A stretch of 32,000 nucleotides of DNA from an uncultured Chloroflexia bacterium (GCA_963718915.1 CAVRAI010000009.1:240001-272000); one strand, 5' to 3'; counted from the first letter of the stretch, positions 15,776-24,455 are shown. Numbers and translations are program-made. Notes: generated from the sequence alone by a model not told the origin.

Positions 15776-16342
15776 ATGCATGAGGAGATGATTCGCCGTG
15801 CGCAACAGGGCGATACTCTGGCGTTTCGGGCGCTGGTCGAGACCTATTCGCCCGGCGCGTGGCGCGTGGCGCAGATTCTCATGGCCGACCGCGGGCAGGC
15901 GGAGGATGCGTTGCAGGAGGCATGGATAGATGTCTGGCGCGGCCTGCCTCGCTACGATGCGGCGCGCCCGTTCCGTCCCTGGCTGCTTGCGATTGTGGGC
16001 AATCGCTGCCGGATGCTCAGGCGACGCCACACCATCCCAGCACAATCGCTCGGCGAAGACCTGGCGGATGGTCTGCTTGATCCGCATGACACCTATGCCG
16101 AAGTCGCCGCGCGCGAGCCAGATGTCACGCTACGAAACGCCCTGGCATGCCTCTCAGCGGAGTCCCGCGAGTTGTTGGAATTGCGCTATCAGGCCGACCT
16201 GGAACTCGCCGAAATGGCCGAACTCTATGGATTACCGCTCAGCACGGTCAAATCGCGCCTCTATCGAACGCTCGCTGCTTTGCGCGCGCAGCTTACCAGC
16301 GCCGCGCCGACCGCACTGGATTCATCGGAGACAACCAGATGA
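15776..16342 (+). CDS. RNA polymerase sigma factor, ECF type
   Basis: ATG 15776 (MHEEMIRRAQQGD) has AGGAG 9 nt upstream; the ORF track starts it at GTG 15755. Region 2 'AEDALQEAWIDVWRGLPRYDAARPFRPWLLAIVGNRCRMLRRR'. Region 4 'LACLSAESRELLELRYQADLELAEMAELYGLPLSTVKSRLYRTLAALR'. Confidence 0.9.
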   Translation: MHEEMIRRAQQGDTLAFRALVETYSPGAWRVAQILMADRGQAEDALQEAWIDVWRGLPRYDAARPFRPWLLAIVGNRCRMLRRRHTIPAQSLGEDLADGLLDPHDTYAEVAAREPDVTLRNALACLSAESRELLELRYQADLELAEMAELYGLPLSTVKSRLYRTLAALRAQLTSAAPTALDSSETTR

Positions 16343-18015
16343 CTACACCACATGACCCCAACGGCGAAGATCAATACAATCCAGCCGATCCCAGGCTTGA
16401 GGCCCGACTCGCAGCCCATTTCCGCGCGCATGTCACCACGCCATGGGACGGCGAGGTATTCTGGGAGCGCCTCGCTCCGCGTCTCGAACCGCGCGTATCC
16501 CTGGATGCCGATAGCGTAGCGCCGACGCCTGACACGCCGAGGCGCCGACGCGGCGCCACTGTCATCATCCCTGACGAGATCCCCGCGCCGCCAGCCAGCG
16601 GTGGATTCCATCGAGCGAGTGATGCCAGACGTCCGCGGCGCACGATCAACAATCTGCTGGCGGTCGCCGCCGTATTGGCGATTTGCCTCTGCGCGTTCGC
16701 GCTCTTTCATCAACTGAGCACGCAGCAACTCGGCAAGAACGGCGTTATCCAGAGCGGCGAGCTTGTCTGGCGGCGTGTCACACTGCCCCCTGGCGTGGTG
16801 CTGACCAACGGCGAAGGCGTCACCATGACAAACGGCAGCGGCACGCCGATCATTTCAGGAGCCGTGAAGAACGCGCCGACGCCCAACGCAACATTGCAGG
16901 TGACTCCCACTAATGGCAATGTCGCCTACATCTGCCAGTTGGCAGGCCAGGGCAACCCGCGCATATGGCGTACGACCGATGCGGGCCAGCACTGGGTCGC
17001 GCTGGCGACGTTACATATCATTGGGAACATTGACACCTGTTCCCTCGAATTCGACGCCAACAATCCGCTCACTGTCATTGCGACCTTCGTACGGTCGGCG
17101 GAAAATGGATCGGCGCATGGCAGCATTTCCTATGCGCTCTTCAATGGCGCTTCGCAGTGGCAGGCGCTTGGCGTGGGTCAGATGATGGGATCGGTGACCA
17201 GTTGGCGGAACGTCTACTATGGCATCGGCAATCTGAATCCCGGTGCGCCCACGATCGCCGATCCGAACGGCAAACCACAGGACCAGCCGCAACAACGCCT
17301 CTACGAGTCCACCGACCAGATGCGATCATGGCATGAGCTCAACGACGCGCCGCTGATCGCCGAAAATATCGCCTCTGCGGAGAAGACGACAGGAGTTGGA
17401 CTTATCGGCGCCCTAGTGCTTATGGTCCAGCCAAACACCGGAGAGATGCTGGCGCAAACCACCGACGGTGTGCTCTGGCGCAGTGTCGATCACGGGCAGC
17501 GCTGGGCGCGGATTCTCCTCCCATCGCTGCCGCCCGCGAGCGAGCTCACGCCGACGCCTGGGGAAATGACTTGGGAGGGCGGCATGACCGATGCCATCGC
17601 GTTCGTGCAGCAACCTGTCGGGAACAAGCCCTTCACGCTGTGCGCGATGGTATTTGACCAGACCGCGATCGTCTACAATGTCGCGCCGCTCTACTGCTCC
17701 ACCGACAGCGGCCAGTCGTGGACACGCCGCCCGCGCACAGCGGTCGATTGGGGCAACGGCAAACCCGACACGTTTGAGAGGCCACTGTTGATGCTCTCCG
17801 ATGGGACGCTGCTGGCCTGGGATGTACAAACGCTCTCCGTCTTCCCCGGCAACAACGCATCGGCTGGGGCGGCGCACATCATCGGAACGATTCCCACGCC
17901 GCTCAATCCCAATAATATTCCCGGCGGACTGGCAAGCCCAATGCCTGGCGGCGCGGTGCTCTGGCAGCCACACGACCCGCAGACACTCTACGTAGCGATG
18001 TATTACACGCCATAG
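16339..18015 (+). CDS. Putative anti-sigma factor/sensor: single-pass membrane protein with BNR (Asp-box) beta-propeller-like ectodomain
   Basis: ATG 16339 overlaps the sigma gene stop as ATGA (16339-16342). The track's longer ORF from 16147 overlaps the sigma gene out of frame and is rejected. TM segment 'LLAVAAVLAICLCAFALF'. Four Asp-box-like motifs (S/T-x-D-x-G-x-x-W): 'TTDAGQHW', 'STDQMRSW', 'SVDHGQRW', 'STDSGQSW'. Confidence 0.75.
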   Translation: MTTPHDPNGEDQYNPADPRLEARLAAHFRAHVTTPWDGEVFWERLAPRLEPRVSLDADSVAPTPDTPRRRRGATVIIPDEIPAPPASGGFHRASDARRPRRTINNLLAVAAVLAICLCAFALFHQLSTQQLGKNGVIQSGELVWRRVTLPPGVVLTNGEGVTMTNGSGTPIISGAVKNAPTPNATLQVTPTNGNVAYICQLAGQGNPRIWRTTDAGQHWVALATLHIIGNIDTCSLEFDANNPLTVIATFVRSAENGSAHGSISYALFNGASQWQALGVGQMMGSVTSWRNVYYGIGNLNPGAPTIADPNGKPQDQPQQRLYESTDQMRSWHELNDAPLIAENIASAEKTTGVGLIGALVLMVQPNTGEMLAQTTDGVLWRSVDHGQRWARILLPSLPPASELTPTPGEMTWEGGMTDAIAFVQQPVGNKPFTLCAMVFDQTAIVYNVAPLYCSTDSGQSWTRRPRTAVDWGNGKPDTFERPLLMLSDGTLLAWDVQTLSVFPGNNASAGAAHIIGTIPTPLNPNNIPGGLASPMPGGAVLWQPHDPQTLYVAMYYTP

Positions 18016-18223
18016 GCGGCAACCGCGCATCCTCCGGCACGTAAGCGAGCAGTCCGCGGTGGGAAATATCATCCCCTTCTGGGCTGCTCCTTTTCGCGCG
18101 CGCCTGCTACACAGAAGCTCTTACCTGGTTTTCGCGACCCACGCCGGGTGCATCATGATATACTGGCGTTGGCAAGCGCGCACTATGGTACGAGTCCCGC
18201 TGGTAAGGCTAAGGAGCATCGCG

Positions 18224-18433
18224 ATGGGTATTGGAGTCCACTGGTATGACCTCTTTCCATGCCTCTTCTTTCTTCCCCCCATTCTCATCGGTTTTCTCTG
18301 GATGCGGCGCGATGCCGATGGGCGCGGGCAGCCGGGACTGCTCTGGGCGCTGCTGACGATTCCACTCAGCTGGGTCGCGGTTCTGGTGTATCTGGTCGTA
18401 CGCGCGTTTAGCACACCGAACGCAGCCCAATAG
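18224..18433 (+). CDS. Small membrane protein, PLDc_N (phospholipase-D-like N-terminal) type
   Basis: ATG 18224 has AAGGAG (18211-18216) 7 nt upstream. 69 aa: MGIGVHWYDLFPCLFFLPPILIGFLWMRRDADGRGQPGLLWALLTIPLSWVAVLVYLVVRAF. Two TM segments flank a basic/acidic loop, as in PLDc_N mini-proteins. The N-terminal 55 aa of the track ORF (from 18059) look non-coding. Confidence 0.6.
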   Translation: MGIGVHWYDLFPCLFFLPPILIGFLWMRRDADGRGQPGLLWALLTIPLSWVAVLVYLVVRAFSTPNAAQ

Positions 18434-18454
18434 GGCGCCGGGAGGCTTGCCACC

Positions 18455-19807
18455 GTGAGCAACCAGACGACAGCCATACCAGAGACGCTGACGTTCCCGC
18501 AGGGATTCCGCTGGGGTGTCGCGACCGCGTCGTACCAGTACGAGGGCGCCTGCGAGAACAGCCAGTGGCGCGCCTGGGAAAAGTCGGGCGGGATAGCGAA
18601 TGGCGACATCGCGGGGATCGCCTGCGACTGGTGGCGGCATGCCGAACGCGACTTCGATCTCGCTCAGCAGCTCGGCCTCAATGCGTTGCGCCTCTCGGTA
18701 GAATGGAGCCGACTGGAGCCGCGCTCGGGCGAGTGGGATGCCGCGGCGTTTGCGCGCTACCGCGAGATGCTCCAGGGTTTGCGCGCGCGTGGCATCGAGC
18801 CGATGGTCACGCTCCACCACTTCAGCAACCCGCTCTGGTTCGAGGAGATGGGCGCGTTTCTCGCGCCGAGCGCCCTTGATCTCTTTACACGCTTCGTGGC
18901 GCGTGTCGTCGATGAGTTGGGCGACCTCTGCGATCTCTGGTGCACCATCAATGAGCCGAATGTGTATAGCGTTGTGGGTTACCTGCTGGGCGTCTGGCCG
19001 CCCGGCCACAAAGGTGACACGCGCAATACCTACCAGGTGCAGGCGACGCTTGCCCGCGCCCACGCCGCCGCCTATCGCGTCATTCACCAGCGCCAGCCCA
19101 ACGCCAGGGTTGGCTGGGCGCAGAACTTCAATATCCTCAATCCAGCAACGAATAGCCCGCTTGACCGCCTGGTCGCGGGCATCCAGGATGCCGCCTATAA
19201 CGACTTCTTTCCCCGCGTGGTGCTGACAGGACGTGCGGTGTTCCCGTTCAACCTGTTCGCGGGCAATCTGCGCGACGTCCGCGGCACATGCGACTTTCTT
19301 GGCATTAATTTCTACTATCGCGACCACGTCGCCTTCAGCCTCCGTCACGCCGGGCAGCTCTTTGGGCGCCGCTTTGTCCCTGAGGGCGCGCCGCGCGGCG
19401 ATCCTGGCCTCAACGATTTCTTTGGCGAGGTGTATCCAGATGGCATTCTGCGCATCGCGGAGCGTCTCAAAGTCTTCGGCAAGCCGATCTACATCACCGA
19501 GCATGGCGTGGCCGACCGTACCGACCGGATTCGCCCGTGGGTCGTCGAACAGGGCGTGCGTAATGTGCACGCGGCGATCCAGAAGGGTCTGGATGTCCGT
19601 GGATACTACCACTGGTCGCTGGTAGACAACTTCGAGTGGGCCGAGGGCTGGCACTCGCGTTTTGGGCTGGCGGCGCTCGATCTCGCTACCCAGGAACGTA
19701 CGCTTCGCCCAAGCGGAGAGTTCTACGGCGCCATCGCTGCCGCCAACGCGCTCACCTCAGACATGGCGCGCCAGTTCGTCGTGGGCGCCCCCACCAGCGC
19801 CAGGTAG
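18455..19807 (+). CDS. Glycoside hydrolase family 1 beta-glucosidase
   Basis: GTG 18455 with GGAGG upstream. GH1 signatures: 'FPQGFRWGVATASYQYEG', 'TLHHFSNPLWF', acid/base 'TINEPNV', nucleophile 'YITEHGVA', and 'YYHWSLVDNFEWAEGW'. Confidence 0.93.
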   Translation: MSNQTTAIPETLTFPQGFRWGVATASYQYEGACENSQWRAWEKSGGIANGDIAGIACDWWRHAERDFDLAQQLGLNALRLSVEWSRLEPRSGEWDAAAFARYREMLQGLRARGIEPMVTLHHFSNPLWFEEMGAFLAPSALDLFTRFVARVVDELGDLCDLWCTINEPNVYSVVGYLLGVWPPGHKGDTRNTYQVQATLARAHAAAYRVIHQRQPNARVGWAQNFNILNPATNSPLDRLVAGIQDAAYNDFFPRVVLTGRAVFPFNLFAGNLRDVRGTCDFLGINFYYRDHVAFSLRHAGQLFGRRFVPEGAPRGDPGLNDFFGEVYPDGILRIAERLKVFGKPIYITEHGVADRTDRIRPWVVEQGVRNVHAAIQKGLDVRGYYHWSLVDNFEWAEGWHSRFGLAALDLATQERTLRPSGEFYGAIAAANALTSDMARQFVVGAPTSAR

Positions 19808-19969
19808 TCCGTCAGCGCCCGAAATTCTGCACGGAGCGGCTTCGATTGAGCGCGCATCCGACCCTGTGCGAGCAATCAGTTTACTCGCTGGCATGCTCCT
19901 TGCGCTCATTCGTCAGCGAGGCGCACAACGGTATCGCAATGCCACGCGAAATTTGGGGAGGCCTGTCCA

Positions 19970-20329
19970 GTGGACAACTTGGTGTTGGTCGTCGACGATG
20001 ACGAGGGGCTGCTGGAAACACTTCATGATCTGCTGGAGATGGAAGGGTATTCGGTCGTCCTGGCGCATAACGGCGTCGAGGCGCTAGAAAAGCTGGAGAC
20101 GCTGAGGCCAGCGGTGATTCTGCTGGACCTGCGCATGCCACGCATGGATGGCGCGACATTTGCGCGTGAGGTGCATCAACGCAGCAATCTGCAATCCCTC
20201 TACATCATTGTGATGACCGCCAATCTTTACGCGCATAAGACCGCCGCCGCGATTGGGGCTAACGATTTTCTCGCCAAGCCGCTCGATGTCAGTGAGTTGC
20301 TGGGGAAAATCGAACTGGCGATTCACTAG
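19970..20329 (+). CDS. Response regulator, receiver domain only (CheY-like)
   Basis: GTG 19970 with GGAGG upstream. Acidic pocket 'VLVVDDDE', phospho-acceptor 'ILLDLRMPRMDG', 'IIVMTA', 'FLAKPL'. 119 aa with no output domain. No histidine kinase gene is in the window. Confidence 0.9.
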   Translation: MDNLVLVVDDDEGLLETLHDLLEMEGYSVVLAHNGVEALEKLETLRPAVILLDLRMPRMDGATFAREVHQRSNLQSLYIIVMTANLYAHKTAAAIGANDFLAKPLDVSELLGKIELAIH

Positions 20330-20963
20330 ACGCAGCGGGAACGCTCAGATGGAGCACCGCATTGCCCCAGAGCCGCATCTGCCGTTCGATGGTGAAGACG
20401 CTTTCGAGACGATGAATCTGCTCGGGTAGGCGGGCGGTACGCATGAGATTGATGGTGACGGCGCCATCGGCTTCCAACAGCGTGGCGACCTGGCGCAGAA
20501 ATGGCCGCGCCAGCGTTCCGGGAGCCAGACGACCACCCTCGAAGAGGTCGAGACAGATCAGGTCGAAGCGTGCAGGCTCGCTCGGCGCGTGCTCCTCTAC
20601 CCAGGCAAACGCATCGGCCTCCACCACCTCCAGCCCCACCAGCGCGTCCAGCCCGAACTCGCGACGCGCCACCACCAGCACCTCTGTGTTGCGCTCAACC
20701 CCTACCATGGCGACTCCGGGGCAACGCCGCGCCAGCAGCGCCGCCAGCGTGCCGCCCCCAAGCCCCAGCAGCAGCGCCCGACGCGGGCAGCGCTCCGGCA
20801 ACATCAGCGGCCAGTAGCCCTCAAACGGCGCTGACTCGTCCTCCGGCAACGACACCGACTGCGTCACGTTGCCCACCTCCAGCGCCAGGCGGCCATCCTT
20901 GCGCGTCACCGTGCGCACAGGCAAGGGCCGTTGCGCGCGCCGCTTCGCATTCTTCGTCATCAT
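20289..20963 (-). CDS. Class I SAM-dependent methyltransferase-fold protein, spermidine/spermine synthase-like
   Basis: 'ALLLGLGGGTLAALLARRCPGVAMVGVERNTEVLVVARREFGLD...FDLICLDLFEG' shows the Gly-rich SAM/dcSAM loop and the acidic residue after beta-2. Tandem ATGs at 20963 and 20960 follow GGGAGG, so the second may be the real start. The 3' end overlaps the convergent CheY gene by 41 nt. Confidence 0.72.
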   Translation of the reverse strand: MMTKNAKRRAQRPLPVRTVTRKDGRLALEVGNVTQSVSLPEDESAPFEGYWPLMLPERCPRRALLLGLGGGTLAALLARRCPGVAMVGVERNTEVLVVARREFGLDALVGLEVVEADAFAWVEEHAPSEPARFDLICLDLFEGGRLAPGTLARPFLRQVATLLEADGAVTINLMRTARLPEQIHRLESVFTIERQMRLWGNAVLHLSVPAASSESPVRFSPATH

Positions 20964-21077
20964 CGCCCTCCCAGGAGTCCAATTGGTAGAGCCACACTCT
21001 CCCAGTTCGAATCAACTTCGCGTGATAGACTATATTCGCGACGACGTTTGTGTGCTCAATGGTCTGTGGAGGCTTTT

Positions 21078-21428
21078 ATGCGGCTTGACGCCCACGAGCA
21101 ACGCGCCCGCCAATTGGAGCATGCAATTGCTATTCTTGGCGATCCAACCGCCGATCCTGATATCGTACCCAGCCTCATTGAAAACTACTGGGGCGCCGCA
21201 TTTCACTGGGTTGCATATGGCTGTCAGCGCAAATTTGGGAAGCACAAAGAGAACCACACCCAACTCGGCCGCTACTTGCGCGATCTTGGAGAGCCAACGA
21301 TAGCCACCCGCTGGGATTCGCTGGAACACATACGTCAAAGCGCCATGTATGCTTATAGCGCGGCGCCAGATGATGCTGCACATGCGCGCGACGACTGGGA
21401 GGCGATTCGGCTATGGAGCATGAGTTGA
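21078..21428 (+). CDS. HEPN-like small protein (candidate toxin/RNase partner of the adjacent nucleotidyltransferase)
   Basis: ATG 21078 with GGAGG (21069-21073) upstream. 116 aa, predicted all-helical. Contains an R-x4-H motif, 'QRKFGKHKENHTQLGRYL'. Overlaps the next gene by 16 nt. The track's longer ORF from 20931 overlaps the divergent methyltransferase gene and is rejected. The HEPN assignment is by motif and context only. Confidence 0.5.
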   Translation: MRLDAHEQRARQLEHAIAILGDPTADPDIVPSLIENYWGAAFHWVAYGCQRKFGKHKENHTQLGRYLRDLGEPTIATRWDSLEHIRQSAMYAYSAAPDDAAHARDDWEAIRLWSMS

Positions 21429-21907
21429 TCGAATCTGCTAATCATACAGATACCACTATCGCGCCGATTCCCTGGCTCGATGCAGTGACATCCGCAGCGG
21501 TTGTTGACATTGCACAATCGCTCATTCTACATCACCCTGAGGTTCAGGCAATCATACTTTTCGGCTCGGTAGCCCGGCGCGAAGAGCGGCCGCTTAGTGA
21601 TCCGAACACGAGCGATGTTGATCTAATGCTCATACTCGATGCTACAGTGGTTGATCCAGGCGCAAACCGCCTTACCCACCAACAACAACTCGCATTGCGC
21701 GCAACGATTGGCGAGGCCGACTATCGCCACTGCAGCCCGCGTGCAATCAGTGTTCTGTTCATGAATTGCGATCTTGCGGGCTGGGATCCGCTCTTCATCG
21801 AAAACGTAGCACGCGATGGCATTATCTTGTGGGCACGCGGAGATATGCCGACCAGGCTCACGAAAGCTCAACACTCCCCGGTTAGCTCGCAAACGCCGTC
21901 TTTGTGA
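21413..21907 (+). CDS. Nucleotidyltransferase-domain protein (minimal NTase/MNT type)
   Basis: 'VQAIILFGSVARREERPLSDPNTSDVDLMLILD' carries the G-S-x(n)-D-x-D signature of the pol-beta-superfamily minimal nucleotidyltransferases. 164 aa. Confidence 0.8.
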   Translation: MEHELIESANHTDTTIAPIPWLDAVTSAAVVDIAQSLILHHPEVQAIILFGSVARREERPLSDPNTSDVDLMLILDATVVDPGANRLTHQQQLALRATIGEADYRHCSPRAISVLFMNCDLAGWDPLFIENVARDGIILWARGDMPTRLTKAQHSPVSSQTPSL

Positions 21908-21969
21908 CGGAACCTGCTAGTTCGCTGCATAATTGTCTCCAACCGCCACGAACAAGAGGGGTATACCAC

Positions 21970-22638
21970 ATGGCTGAGAATACCTCACCAACCTGGCTCG
22001 ATCTGTATGACTGGCGGGTGCGTGTTGCGGCGATGTATCGCGAACAGGCGCGGCGCATCGCCAGGGATGACGATCCCGTAGCAGTCTGGGACGCCTTCCA
22101 CGCGACGAAAGACGCCCTCTTCGCTCACCATCCGCAGTCGCCGCTGGACGCCGACGGCCGCGCGACGTTTCATGGGCTATCGTATTTCGCCTATGATCCC
22201 GCGTTTCGCGTGACCGCGACGCTCACGCCAGAATCGGCGGATGACGAGGTGCTGGCGCCATCGAGCGGGCCACACGCGATGCCGCTACGCCGCGCCGGGC
22301 GGGTCTCGTTCTCGCTGGGCGGGGACGCCATCACGCTCGCGGTCTACTGGATTGATGTCTACGGCGGCGGCCTTTTCCTGCCGTTCCGCGATATAACCAG
22401 CGGCGGCGAGACCTACGGCGCGGGACGCTACCTCCATGACACCGTCAAAGGCAGCGAGCTACTCAGGCTGGACAACCCCAGCGCACCGGGCTATGCTGGC
22501 GGGCGGGTGCTGCTCGACTTCAACTACGCCTACAACCCGTCCTGCGCCTACGATCCGCGCTGGGTCTGCCCGCTTACTCCGCCGGAGAATCGGCTGACAG
22601 TGGCTGTCCGCGCAGGGGAGCGAGTATATCACGAATAG
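21970..22638 (+). CDS. DUF1684 domain protein
   Basis: 'FHGLSYFAYDPAFRVTATL', 'GGGLFLPFRDITSGGETYGAGRYL', 'LDFNYAYNPSCAYDPRWVCPLTPPENRL' are the characteristic DUF1684 blocks. Start at ATG 21970 (MAENTSPTW). GTG 21904 is an alternative. Confidence 0.85.
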   Translation: MAENTSPTWLDLYDWRVRVAAMYREQARRIARDDDPVAVWDAFHATKDALFAHHPQSPLDADGRATFHGLSYFAYDPAFRVTATLTPESADDEVLAPSSGPHAMPLRRAGRVSFSLGGDAITLAVYWIDVYGGGLFLPFRDITSGGETYGAGRYLHDTVKGSELLRLDNPSAPGYAGGRVLLDFNYAYNPSCAYDPRWVCPLTPPENRLTVAVRAGERVYHE

Positions 22639-22693
22639 TGCGCTGGGCAGCGAGTCGCGGTTTACGAATCGCCGCCAGGCCAGGGGGGAGATC

Positions 22694-23098
22694 ATGCAAA
22701 GCCAGCAGGCCGCGTTTCGCGCCATAGACGAATATATCGCCACCTTTCCAGAGGATGTACAGGCGTTACTCCAGGCAGTACGCGCAACCATACACGCTGC
22801 TGCGCCTGACGCGGAGGAGCGCATCAGCTATCAGATGCCCGCATTCGCGCAGGAGGGCAACCTCGTCTATTTCGCTGCCCTCAAGAATCATATTGGATTC
22901 TATCCAACATCAAGCGGGATCGCGGCATTTCAACAGGAGTTATCGGCCTACGAAAGCTCCAAAGGCGCGGTGAAGTTCCCGAAAGACCAGCCCCTGCCCA
23001 TGGAATTGATCACCAGAATCGTGCGGTTTCGCGTGACCGAAAATCTCAACCGAGCCGCCGCAAAATCACGGACAAAGGCCCAGCGGCGCAAAGGGTAA
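22694..23098 (+). CDS. DUF1801 (YdhG-like) domain protein
   Basis: 'IDEYIATFPEDVQALLQAVRATIHAAAPDAEERISYQMPAFAQEGNLVYFAALKNHIGFYP...GAVKFPKDQPLPMELITRIVRFRV' matches the typical DUF1801 pattern. Confidence 0.85.
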   Translation: MQSQQAAFRAIDEYIATFPEDVQALLQAVRATIHAAAPDAEERISYQMPAFAQEGNLVYFAALKNHIGFYPTSSGIAAFQQELSAYESSKGAVKFPKDQPLPMELITRIVRFRVTENLNRAAAKSRTKAQRRKG

Positions 23099-23118
23099 GG
23101 TATAAGCGAGAGACATCT

Positions 23119-23145
23119 GCTCCCACTCTCGTTGGGGTTGGGAGC
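23119..23145. terminator. Hairpin between convergent genes (possible bidirectional terminator)
   Basis: gctccca (23119-23125) pairs with tgggagc (23139-23145): a 7-bp stem with a 13-nt loop. It lies between the stop of the DUF1801 gene (23098) and the stop of the acyl-CoA dehydrogenase gene (23163). No clear U tract. Confidence 0.35.
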
Positions 23146-23162
23146 AAGGGCAGACAACTCGT

Positions 23163-24305
23163 CTATTTCAGCAATTGCTGGGCGACGACGATCTTCTGTA
23201 TCTGGTTGGTGCCCTCGTAGATTTGCGTGATCTTGGCGTCGCGGAAGAGCTTCTCCACCGGGTACTCGCGGATGTAGCCGTAGCCGCCGTAGATTTGCAC
23301 CGCGTCGGTCGTTACCTCCATCGCGACATCAGAAGCAAAGTTCTTGGCCATGCTACTCTCATAGAGGAACGGGCGGCCAGTCTCGGTCTCCCGCGCCGAC
23401 CACCACGTCATCAGCCGCGCCGCCTGCACTTTGGTCGCCATATCGGCCAGCATGAACTGGATGCTCTGGTTAGCTGCGATGGGTTTGCCGAACTGCACTC
23501 GCTCCTTCGCATAGTCGCGGGCATACTCGAAGGCGGCGCGCGCGATGCCCAGCGCGATGGCCGCGATCATCGGACGCGAGCGGTCGAGCATCGTCATTGC
23601 CAGCTTGAAGCCGCTGCCTTCCTCGCCAAGCCGATTCTCCACCGGCACGCGCACCTCATCCAGCAGCACCTCGCCGGTATGCGAGCAGCGGATGCCCAGC
23701 TTCTTCTCCTTCTTGCCGCCCACCAGCCCCGGCGCGTCGCCGGGCACAATGAACGCCGTCACCCCGCGATGGCCGAGCGCGCGATCCACCGTCGCAAAGA
23801 CGACGTACAGATCGGCAATGCCGCCGTTGGTGATGAATCGCTTGGCGCCATTGAGCACATAGCTCTCGCCATCGCGGCGGGCGGTAGTCGTCATCGCGGC
23901 CACGTCGGAGCCAGCGCCCGGCTCGGTCAGCGCCATCGCGCAGAGGCCGTTGCGCTCGATGACCGGCTTGAGCAGCCGCTGCTTCTGCTCATCAGTACCC
24001 GCGATCAGCATCGGAATGCTGGCGAGATGGGTGGCGCCCAGCACCGTCGCAACGCCCGCGCATCCCCAGGAGAGCTCCTCGGTGATGATACAGTTGGTCA
24101 GCTCGTCGGTGATGCCCAGGCCGCCGATTTCCTCGGGGAAAGCAAAGTTCGTCAGTCCCAGCTCGCCCGCCTTCCTCACCAGCTCCCAGGGGAACTCTTC
24201 GCGCTCGTCCAGTTCGGCGGCCACTGGGCGTATCTCTTCTTCAGCAAAGGTATGCGCCAGGTCGCGCATCGCCTGCTGCTCGTCGGTCAGGGTGAAATCA
24301 ATCAT
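23163..24305 (-). CDS. Acyl-CoA dehydrogenase (short/medium-chain type)
   Basis: 380 aa. 'MIDFTLTDEQQAMRDLAHTFAEEEIRPVAAELDEREEFPWELVRKAGELGL', 'CAMALTEPGAGSDVAAM', 'GAKRFITNGGIADLYVVFA', 'QIYGGYGYIREYPVEKLFRDAKITQIYEGTNQIQ'. GAGGAG lies 9 nt upstream of the ATG. Confidence 0.94.
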   Translation of the reverse strand: MIDFTLTDEQQAMRDLAHTFAEEEIRPVAAELDEREEFPWELVRKAGELGLTNFAFPEEIGGLGITDELTNCIITEELSWGCAGVATVLGATHLASIPMLIAGTDEQKQRLLKPVIERNGLCAMALTEPGAGSDVAAMTTTARRDGESYVLNGAKRFITNGGIADLYVVFATVDRALGHRGVTAFIVPGDAPGLVGGKKEKKLGIRCSHTGEVLLDEVRVPVENRLGEEGSGFKLAMTMLDRSRPMIAAIALGIARAAFEYARDYAKERVQFGKPIAANQSIQFMLADMATKVQAARLMTWWSARETETGRPFLYESSMAKNFASDVAMEVTTDAVQIYGGYGYIREYPVEKLFRDAKITQIYEGTNQIQKIVVAQQLLK

Positions 24306-24455
24306 CGCGGTCTACTCCTCGGCTGCATCGTGGCTCGATGGGCGGGCGCTGCGTCGCGCCGCGCCGCTGTTGCCGAGTGTACACCAGCGCAGTTGCGCAT
24401 ATCAAATGCGCCGCCAGCGGGCGCCCGCATCTCTCAGGCTGGCATCGCAAGCTGG

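Noticed and set aside
16147-16338. N-terminal extensions of track ORFs (16147 for the BNR protein, 20931 for the HEPN-like gene, 18059 for the PLDc_N gene, 12726, 28269, 11633)
   Set aside because: The extensions overlap the upstream gene out of frame or have non-protein-like composition. Internal starts with good Shine-Dalgarno spacing or ATGA stop/start coupling explain the genes better.
18209-19654. 481-aa minus-strand ORF
   Set aside because: It is antisense to the GH1 beta-glucosidase gene, which has all family signatures. The composition (R/A/E/V/G-rich, no motifs) marks it as a high-GC shadow ORF.
21000-21016. tRNA-like 'gttcgaatc' T-loop string
   Set aside because: The flanking bases cannot form a T-arm (cccag versus caact do not pair). 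No acceptor or anticodon stems can be drawn. I found no tRNA or rRNA in the window.
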